Positions 1 to 7,020 of a stretch of DNA of 7,031 nt are shown one piece after another. Positions within the stretch are counted from its first letter, which is position 1. Each line of letters begins with the position of its first letter. Source of the stretch: Octopus sinensis (Eukaryota). The notes beneath the pieces are model-generated. The model was not told the origin of the DNA. It made no database searches and saw nothing but the letters and a program-made list of their open reading frames with translations. Where the stretch lies: the NCBI RefSeq assembly GCF_006345805.1, contig NW_021829031.1, forward strand, positions 1 to 7,031, read 5' to 3'. Made by a program: the position numbers and the translations under genes.

Positions 1-389
1 ACAAACACACACACTCATATATATACATATTAAGTGTATGATTCAGTTATAGAATGAAGTTATACAAATCTAATCATATTTGGCAAAAATGGAGAAGATA
101 AAATGTTAAAAAGTTGTAAGATGTTTATTCATGCATACAATCGTTTCATACATAGATATAAATTCATTTTCAGAATTTGCAAATATCAAAGTACTCATCA
201 GTGCAGAAAAAATGAGAGCTTAAAAAAAGAGCAGAGAAGTTGGACCTATGAGTTTCATGTCTATTTGTTCCTATCCTTGTGTTACAGTGATGGGAGTCAT
301 CCGCATTCAACCTTTTATACCCACACACACAGACACACATGTACATGTTATATGATAACTTTAGATATACATAGATATGATGCGTTGAT

Positions 390-525
390 TTCCATTTCTG
401 TCTATAAGTTTCAATCAGAAGGCCTAGTCTATAGTAGAAGATATTGTTCTAGATGCCACAATATTGGAGTGAACCTGGAACCATGTAGTTGGGAAGCAAA
501 CTTCTCAATGAAGCAGCAATGCCTG
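390..525 (-). mobile_element. SINE-like family C, 5' (tRNA-like head) portion, diverged
   Basis: Matches 1745-1887 in the same orientation (TTTCTGTCTA, CTATAGTAGAAGA, GAACC..GAACCAT, GGTTGG/GTTGGG-AAGCAA). It is the reverse complement of the start of 526-846. B-box-like GGTTCACTCC lies on the minus strand at 466-475. Confidence 0.75.
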
Positions 526-846
526 TTCCACTGCATGGCACCTTCGACAAGTGTCTTCTATTATAGTTTTGAGCTGACCAAAACCTTGTAAGTGGATTTG
601 GCAGACAAAATCTGAAAGATGTATGTATCTATATATTTGTGTGTGTGCGTGTCTCCCACTCCTATCGCATGACAACCAATGCCAGTGTGTTTACGTCCTT
701 AGGCAGTTTGGGAAAAGAGACCAATGGAATAAGTAGTAGGTTTACAAAGAATAAGCCCTGGGGTCAATTTCTTGGACTGAAACCCTTTGATATAGTGCTC
801 CAGTATAGCTGCAGTCAAATGACTGAAACAGGTAAAAGAATAAAAG
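526..846 (+). mobile_element. SINE-like family C, lacking the first ~60 nt of the head, with internal (TA)/(TG) tract
   Basis: 578-616 matches the reverse complement of 1745-1783 at 34/39. The 3' end TGACTGAAACA (820-830) matches the reverse complement of 1538-1548 exactly. The copy ends in AAAAGAATAAAAG followed by (TA)n. Confidence 0.8.
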
Positions 847-867
847 TATATATATATATATATATAT
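847..867. repeat. (TA)n microsatellite at the SINE tail
   Basis: Direct reading. Confidence 0.95.
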
Positions 868-1081
868 TTCAACTTCTGTTGATATAATTTAGAAAAGAAC
901 AATTTTTTTGTAAGATAATTAACTAGAGATACTGGTGAGATGGGCCTAGGCTCTACAATACTATGGGCCTTACCATTGTTAGGTATTTGGGATTCTTCTA
1001 TCTTTGAGTGTTCACTAGCAGAGTAATGTGCTATCATAACCTAAATCAAAATAGATGAACATCAATGGAATTTGTATCTTT

Positions 1082-1522
1082 GTGGTACCAGTGCCGGTGG
1101 CACATAAGAAAACCATCCGAACGTGGCCGTAGCCAGTACCGCATCAACTGGCCTCCGTGCTGTGGGCACGTAACAAACACCATCCGTTCGTGGCGTTCGC
1201 CAGCCTCGTCTGGCACCTGTGTCCGTGGCACATAAAAAAAACACACCTCGAGCGTGGCCGTTCACCAGCCTCGTCTGGCACCTAAAAAACACCATCCGAG
1301 CGTGGCCGTTCACCAGCCTCATCTGGCACCTGTGTCGTGGCACATAAATCACCCACTACACCTCGGAGTGTTGGCGTAGGAAGGGCATCCAGCTGTAGAA
1401 ACACTGCCAGATCAGACTGGAGCCTTGTGCAGCCTTCGGGCTCCCAGACCCCAGTTGAAGAACCGTCCAACCCATGCTAGCATGGAAAGCGGACGTTAAA
1501 AGATGATGATGATGATGATGAT
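1082..1522 (+). mobile_element. GC-rich non-autonomous retroelement/SINE with RTE-like 3' end and (GAT)7 tail
   Basis: Sharp GC/CpG-rich island. 3' stem-loop CGTCC(1464-1468)..CCATGCTAGCATGG(1472-1485)..GGACG(1491-1495). (GAT)7 tail at 1502-1522. Possible target-site duplication ATCTTT at 1076-1081 and 1521-1526. The RTE assignment rests on recalled 3'-end architecture, not on a search. Confidence 0.7.
1091..1352 (+). repeat. Internal imperfect tandem repeat, about 4.3 units of 48-66 bp
   Basis: Units at 1091-1156, 1157-1218, 1219-1283, 1284-1331 and partial 1332-1352. Recurring GTGGCACATAA, CACCATCCG, CGTGGCCGTT and CCAGCCTCGTCTGGCACCT. Confidence 0.9.
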
Positions 1523-1887
1523 CTTTCATATTTTATTTGTTTCAGTCACTAAGCTGTGGCCATGCTAGGACACAGCCTTGAGGAATTTTTGTTTTTTAAA
1601 CTTGATACTTATCCTATCAGTCTGTATTGCTGAATTACCATTTTATGAAGGCTTAAACACACCATCACCAATTGTCAAGCAGTGGGAGAGGGGACAATCA
1701 CAGACACAAATACACACATGTATATGTATATACAATGGGCTTTTTTCAGTTTCTGTCTACCAAATCCACTCACAAGGATTTGGTTGGCCGAAGACTATAG
1801 TAGAAGACATTTTCCCACGTTGCCACACCATGGGTCTGAACCTAGAACCATATGGTTGGAAAGCAAGCTTCTTACCATACAGTCATT
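1523..1887 (-). mobile_element. SINE-like family C, near full length
   Basis: Minus-strand B-box-like GGTTCAGACCC (1832-1842) and A-box-like TGACTGTATGG near 1887. Internal (CA)/(TA) tract at 1700-1732. Colinear reverse-complement similarity to 526-846 along most of its length. Confidence 0.8.
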
Positions 1888-1946
1888 ACATACACACTCA
1901 TAAAATATGCATGTATGCATATATGCATGTGTGTTTGTATGTATGT

Positions 1947-2334
1947 GGTGGTTGGCAATCCGTCGGTTAAGATGTCGAGGTTTCCAGTTGATCCAATCAA
2001 TGGAACAGCCTGCTCATGAAATTAACGTGCAAGTGGCTGAGCACTCCACAGATATGCGTACCATTAATGTAGTGCATGGGGAGATTCAGCATGACACAGC
2101 GTGTAACAAGGCTGGCACTTTGAAATACAGGTACAACAGAAACAGGAAGAAAGGGTGAGAGAAAGTTGTGGTGAAAGAGTACAGCAGGGTTCACCACCAT
2201 CCCCTACCGGAGCCTCGTGGAACTTTAGGTGTTTTTGCTCAATAAACACTTGCAATGCTCGGTCTGGGAATTGAAACTGTGATCCTACAACTGTGAGTCT
2301 GCTGCCCTAACCACTGGGAAATTGTGCCTCCACT
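1947..2334 (-). mobile_element. tRNA-derived SINE family A, near full length (resembles octopus tRNA-Arg-derived OR-type SINEs, from memory)
   Basis: Exact reverse-complement matches to the plus copy: 2229-2250 to 3244-3265 (22/22) and 2118-2148 to 3346-3376 (31/31). Flanked by TGTATGTATGT on both sides (1936-1946, 2334-2344). Confidence 0.85.
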
Positions 2335-2697
2335 GTATGTATGTATATAATGTATACACACAGCTATACATCATATTCTATATCTCCACCCTCACACTGG
2401 TACTCCTGTCTTATCAGGAAAACTAATTCATCATTGTCAAATATCACTCATGCATACATACATGTGCCGCATGTGTGTGTGTATGTGCATATGTGTGTGT
2501 GTATGTGCGTTTATATTGAGAGATTGAATGTAAGAATGCACTGTATTATAGTCTCTACAGGGCAAATAGCAATAACCTTACCATTCCAGAGAAGGTAAAC
2601 AGCAGATCATATTACATGAAAATCTAAATCTTGTCAAATATGCCAACATTTTTCTTCTCTCTCCACTATTTATTATTTTTATTATTATCATTTGTGT

Positions 2698-2729
2698 CGT
2701 TGTTGTTGTTGATGATGTTGTTATTATTA

Positions 2730-2772
<43 letters not shown>
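2698..2772. repeat. Compound trinucleotide microsatellite (GTT)n-(GAT)n-(ATT)n
   Basis: Direct reading. Confidence 0.95.
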
Positions 2773-2774
<2 letters not shown>

Positions 2775-2930
2775 GGCAGTGTGTTGGCTAAATCAATAGC
2801 ATGCCAGACAAAATGCTTACCAGCTTTTCACCTTTATATTCTGGTTTCAAATTCTGCTGTCGATGAAATACATACCACTTGCACAATGGCGGCAGAGGGT
2901 GTTGTAATCAACTAAACTCAACTCCTCCAG
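2773..2930 (+). mobile_element. SINE-like family B: clear head (2773-2859) plus uncertain degenerate 3' part
   Basis: AGGCAGTGTGTTGGC resembles AGTCAGTGAGTTGGC at 5755. TTCTGGTTTCAAATTCT resembles TTCTGAGTTGAAATTCT at 5825 and is B-box-like. The assignment of 2860-2930 is weak. Confidence 0.6.
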
Positions 2931-3159
2931 AGAAGGAATTGGAGAGGGCACTTGCTCATAGGGTTTCAGGGAAATCTCAGATGGCGGAGTTCCTCGGTTA
3001 TCCCTAGACATGTTCTTGTATCAGAAGGGCCACATCTCTATCATCCAACCCCAACCTTTTTTTTGTACCTTTATATGCTCTGCATATGTTTCCTCTTTCC
3101 CAGTGTATACCATGTATACTTTTTTTTAAATTTTATTTATCATTTCATTACTATATGTA

Positions 3160-3397
3160 AGTGGAGGTGTAATGGCCCAGTGGTTAGGGCAGCGGAGTCG
3201 TGGTCGTAGGATCATGGTTTCGATTCCCAGACTGGGCGTTCTCAGTGTTTATTGAGCAAAAACACTTAAATCTCCACGTGGCTTCGGCAGGGGGTTCTGG
3301 CAAACCCAGCTCAACTCTTTCACCATAACATTCTCTCACACTTTATTCCTGTTTCTGTTGTACCTGTATTTCAAAGGGTCAACCATGTCACACTCTG
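3160..3397 (+). mobile_element. tRNA-derived SINE family A, 5' half
   Basis: A box TGGCCCAGTGG at 3173-3183 and B-box-like GGTTTCGATTCC at 3216-3227. Strong reverse-complement identity to about 2090-2334. Similarity stops near 3397. Confidence 0.85.
3173..3227 (+). promoter_or_regulatory. RNA polymerase III internal promoter (A and B boxes) of the SINE head
   Basis: A-box and B-box-like motifs at tRNA-like spacing. Activity is untested. Confidence 0.55.
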
Positions 3398-3530
3398 AGG
3401 TCAACTTTGCTTTTCACCCTTTGAGGTCCATAAAATAAATGCTAGCTGAACACTGGGGCTGACATAATCAACTGACCTCTCCCCTACAATTCCTGGCTTT
3501 GTTCCATTAATACTAAGGATTATTTAGCAA
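3398..3530 (+). mobile_element. SINE-like family B, central and 3' fragment
   Basis: AGGTCAACTTTGCTTTTCACCCTTTGAGGTCCATAAAATAAAT...CTGGCTTTGTTCC is colinear with the diverged 5845-5972 segment (GAGATCAAC...GAGGTTAATATAATAAGT...CTGGGTTTGTGC). Confidence 0.65.
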
Positions 3531-3599
3531 TTAATAAAACGTTAAACAAAATGTTTAGTGATATATATTGCAGTAGTTTATATGTTTGAGCTTAATTCT

Positions 3600-3912
3600 C
3601 ACCATCACTACCAATATCCCCTCTACTAACATCACAACCACCAGCAACACCATAATTAGTACCATTATAGGTGCCATCATCATCACTAACACCACCAGTG
3701 CTACCGTCATCACCACCACCACCACCATCACTGATATCACCAACACCACTCTCACCCATTACTAAAACCATAACTACCACACCCCTAACAAAATCATCAC
3801 CCATCACTATCACCCCTACAGACACCTTCACACACTGCTACCACCCAATATCCACCAACATCACCATCATCAGCTTACATCCCGCCACCACCACCACCAC
3901 TACTAGTAGTAC
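3600..3912. repeat. Decayed (ACC/CAT/ACT)n trinucleotide low-complexity tract
   Basis: Period-3 C/A-rich sequence with pure CAC/ACC runs at 3710-3728 and 3885-3900. Confidence 0.9.
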
Positions 3913-4162
3913 CAGAACCGGTACACCTTATCTGTACAGATTATCTTTTCAAAGTAATAGCTATGAGAATATAGTGATATATAACATGTCTTCCATGAGA
4001 TTGTTATTTAGATATGATATTTACTGATATCTCGCCTACCCAGACAGAATTTTTAATTGACTTAAATTACCCTTAACCTCTACTTACCAAATTATTTCTG
4101 CAGAAAATAATTAAATCAGGATTATTATGTTCATGTGTTTATGTATATGTTCTGTGTATTCT

Positions 4163-4229
4163 ACATGTGTGTGTGTGTGTATGTGTGCATGTGTTATGTA
4201 TATATATATATATAATATAATATGATATA

Positions 4230-4273
<44 letters not shown>

Positions 4274-4301
4274 ATATATGTATATATATATATATAATAT
4301 G

Positions 4302-4332
<31 letters not shown>

Positions 4333-4366
4333 AAATAAACTATATATATATATATATATATATATA
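4163..4366. repeat. (TG)n then long imperfect (TA)n microsatellite
   Basis: Direct reading. Confidence 0.95.
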
Positions 4367-4435
4367 TTGATAAAACGGTAAGATAACAAAAAAAAGAAAG
4401 AGACCTCAATATTATGTAAATAGAGGAAATTTATC

Positions 4436-4482
4436 TATACAATAGGTTACATTACTCGGTAGTCAAGATAAACTCTGAGTTT
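4436..4482 (-). repeat. Inverted copy of the PLE 3' end (left arm)
   Basis: The reverse complement equals 5371-5418 except for one substitution and one T indel. Confidence 0.95.
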
Positions 4483-4484
4483 AC

Positions 4485-5130
4485 GCCCCTTACTCACCCG
4501 AGGTGGCCTTCAATATAGGTAAATATTTCCTAGCACTGATAGATAGACATTTTCCAGTTAACCATACTTATAGGAAACTCTTCAATAGACACAATTTAAA
4601 AATTAGTTTTAGTTCAACTACCAATTTTTAAAACATAATCAAACATAACATACAAAAACACAAGAAGAGAACAGCTGTTCATGCAGAAATAAAGAATTGT
4701 GCCCGCTAAATGGAGCTTGCATGTCCAAGACCATCATATATGAAGCTACCGTAAACTCTATAACCACTAAAGACAAAGACCCGTTTCGACGAAGAAATAC
4801 ATGGGCCTTAACAGAGGGTAATTTCAAGGCCAGGTTCAATAACCACACTTTGAGCTTTAGGAGGCACTGGAACAAAAGAAAAGCGACACAATATCCAATC
4901 ATATTTGTCTTTAAGAGATAAAGGTGTTGATTATAAACATACAATGGAATTTGGGTGGCCAGATGTAAGCCCTATACTAACGGCAGCGGAAGGTGCGGTT
5001 TATGCGACATGGAGAGATGGCTTATCTGGAAACAGCTTAGACCCTACACATGTCTAAATACAAGGACAGAGCTTTTCGGATCATGCCCACATGTGACTAA
5101 ATTTCTGTTACGTTTTTGGTCCCCTAAAGA
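4485..5130 (+). pseudogene. Disrupted C-terminus of a PLE polyprotein: RT thumb/linker plus GIY-YIG endonuclease
   Basis: PYSPEVAFNIGKYFLALIDRHFPVNHTYRKLFNRHNLKISFS (4488-4613; premature TAA at 4629). CSCRNKELCPLNGAC (from 4676). IIY at 4733-4741. YMG at 4798-4806 in a shifted frame. FKARFNNH with the catalytic-type Arg at 4832. CGLC at 4994-5005. ELFGSCPH ending at 5092. Several frameshifts. Confidence 0.88.
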
Positions 5131-5325
5131 AAACGGATATAGAACATGCTTTCTGTGTTATGTCCCAAGAAGAATTTATATATATTTTTATATATTTTTA
5201 TATGTATTTTTATAATTTTTATGACGAAAAATGCGAGCGATGTATAAGTACGCAGCAAAGCAGAGTTATAACAGAGTAATTTCCCTTCATTTTAACGGTA
5301 TTTTTCATAACGTTTTCGAATAGCC

Positions 5326-5388
5326 AGATAACCGAAGAGATGGTGTTGTGGATTTCCACTTCGGCATCTGAAACTCAGAGTTTTATCT
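5326..5388 (+). ncRNA. Minimal type I hammerhead ribozyme-like motif with variant core
   Basis: Stem I AGATAA(5326-5331)/TTATCT(5383-5388). Core CCGAAGA (5332-5338). Stem II GATG(5339-5342)/CATC(5365-5368), enclosing a GTGG-ATTT-CCAC hairpin. GAAA at 5370-5373. Stem III ACTC-A-GAGT. Cleavage triplet GUU at 5380-5382. Deviations from consensus: U4 is C, and there is an extra T at 5369. Confidence 0.7.
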
Positions 5389-5410
5389 TGACTACCGAGT
5401 AATGTAACAT

Positions 5411-5414
<4 letters not shown>

Positions 5415-5470
<56 letters not shown>
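5415..5470. repeat. (TA)17(GA)11 compound microsatellite
   Basis: Direct reading. Confidence 0.97.
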
Positions 5471-5472
<2 letters not shown>

Positions 5473-5753
5473 AACAGACCAATAAATAGAGAGATTGATA
5501 TACAGATAGACAGACGGACAGACAACATTAGTAGTTTATCAATTGATGCCCCAACATGGCCATACGTGGGATAACTGTTTAGGAAATACCCTCATCGGTC
5601 AGCTCTATATGCAGGCAGACTGTTGTGCTGTGTGACTTCCTGAAAGTTATGCAAAATATGTGAGCAATATGTAATCCAGTTGAGCAAGCTTGAGGGAGGT
5701 TAATGTCACATAACAATAACAATAATATAAACTATATTATAGTATTTTATTAT

Positions 5754-5972
5754 AAGTCAGTGAGTTGGCAGAACAACAGAGTATTGGAAGAAATGTTTAC
5801 AGTTACTTCACTTCACTCATTATGTTCTGAGTTGAAATTCTATTGAGATCAACATAATTTTTTTATATCATTCCGAGGTTAATATAATAAGTAACAGTTG
5901 AGTAGTAAAGTTTCTGTAAACAAATTGCCCCTTCCATCAGCACCTGGGTTTGTGCTGAAATAAAAAAGAATT
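5754..5972 (+). mobile_element. SINE-like family B, old AT-decayed copy
   Basis: The head resembles 2773-2859 and the body resembles 3398-3530. Confidence 0.6.
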
Positions 5973-5974
5973 AT

Positions 5975-6176
5975 CATATTATATTTCATCATATTACATT
6001 ATATAATATAATATCATATATTATATCATATTACATTATATTATATTATATTATATTATATTATATTATATTATATTATATTATACTATATTATATTATT
6101 TATTATCTTATTTATTGTATTAATATATTTATATATTATTATTATTATTATTATTATTTTATTATTATTATTATTT
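5975..6176. repeat. (ATATT)n pentamer array grading into (ATT)n
   Basis: Pure ATATT run at about 6035-6095, followed by (ATT)n. Confidence 0.93.
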
Positions 6177-6268
6177 GCATTCTGCAATAATGAGAATATT
6201 TCACAAAAATCATTTTGGGATGTTTTTGTTTTTTGTTTTCGTAAAAGGTTAATATTTTCCTTTGATGA

Positions 6269-6269
<1 letters not shown>

Positions 6270-6320
<51 letters not shown>

Positions 6321-6395
6321 TATAATAATAACAATAAAATATAAATAATAATAATGATAATAATAATAATAATAATGTTGCTGATGATGATGATG
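6270..6395. repeat. (AAT)n microsatellite ending in (GAT)n
   Basis: Direct reading. Confidence 0.95.
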
Positions 6396-6629
6396 AAAAG
6401 AAATGAATAAATAAATCAAACTCTGATGTTGTTTCATCTTCATAAGTCATTAATTATTTTAATGTAATTAGGTAGCTTGGCAGTGATGATGTAACATTAC
6501 AATAATAAAATGTTTTTGTTTTGTCTTTTAAAAAATTAGCATCAAAGTAATAATGTAGAATTGAAGAAGAAAAATAATAACTTTAAAACTGGCAAAGTTT
6601 TAAATCAGTAGATTATCTATTTGGGTTCT

Positions 6630-7020
6630 TTATATATATATGTGTGGTGTTGTGTTATGGCAGTGTATGCCTGTGTATATATATATATATATTATATATA
6701 TATAGTATATATATATATATAGCATGTAGATATATATATATTATATATATCTATATATATATATATATGCATATATGTATAACATATATATATATATATA
6801 TAATATATATAATATACATACATATACAGAAAGAGATAGATAAAGATATATATCATCAGTTATTTACCCGCTTCATATGTCTATGTATGTGTGGTGTATA
6901 TATATATATACATCTGTATTTTTGTGTGTGTGCATGTACCTATATTCACATATATACATATATAAATACATAGACATATATGTATATACATACATATATC
7001 TAGCCATATATATATATATG
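6630..7020. repeat. Degenerate (TA)n/(TG)n/(CATA)n low-complexity region
   Basis: Direct reading. Confidence 0.9.

Larger units (their letters stand above)
4367..5418 (+). mobile_element. 5'-truncated Penelope-like retroelement (PLE) with an inverted pseudo-LTR segment on the left
   Basis: GIY-YIG endonuclease remnant, 3' hammerhead fold, 47/48-bp inverted terminal copy (4436-4482 vs 5371-5418), and (TA)n on both flanks. The left boundary 4367-4435 is inferred as a continuation of the inverted segment up to the TA tract. Confidence 0.85.

Noticed and set aside
160-205. Minus-strand CTGATGAG...CTGAAAA resembling a hammerhead core or C/D box snoRNA
   Set aside because: No stem II closes before GAAA, and the C-to-D box distance is too short with no terminal stem.
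103-591. 162-aa ORF, the longest in the track
   Set aside because: It runs through CA/TA microsatellite and across two oppositely oriented SINE copies, and shows no recognisable domain.
1091-1352. CRISPR-like appearance of the repeat units
   Set aside because: The units are adjacent tandem copies without unique spacers, the context is eukaryotic, and no cas genes are present.
1046-1470. Overlapping minus-strand ORFs with repeated peptides (RLVNGHAR, QVPDEAGER)
   Set aside because: They are a by-product of the GC-rich tandem array inside a retroelement.
2561-2594. 34-nt plus-strand candidate exon (CTACAG|...AAG|GTAAAC), overlapping a minus-strand donor ATG|GTAAGG at 2582
   Set aside because: The signals conflict between strands, no compatible partner exon was found, and the peptide is too short to evaluate.
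3165-3240. Possible tRNA gene
   Set aside because: No complete acceptor stem or convincing cloverleaf is present. The sequence continues into a SINE body shared with 1947-2334.
3555-4027. Thr/Pro/Ser-rich and Val/Met-rich ORFs resembling mucin or membrane proteins
   Set aside because: They are translations of a decayed trinucleotide tract. Several frames on both strands are open, as expected for stop-poor repeats, and there is no splice or domain support.
4111-4389. Ile/Tyr-rich ORFs here and at 5292-5528, 6154-6450 and 6644-6973
   Set aside because: They are translations of (TA)n and (AAT)n microsatellites.
4639-4944. 101-aa minus-strand ORF
   Set aside because: It is the antisense shadow of the plus-strand GIY-YIG remnant and has no independent motif.
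5221-5272. Second hammerhead-like remnant (ATGACGA, TGCG/CGCA stem, GCAAAGCAGAGTT)
   Set aside because: The core lacks C3, there is no GAAA, and no stem I pairing is evident. At most it is a decayed duplicate, which would need a family consensus to support.
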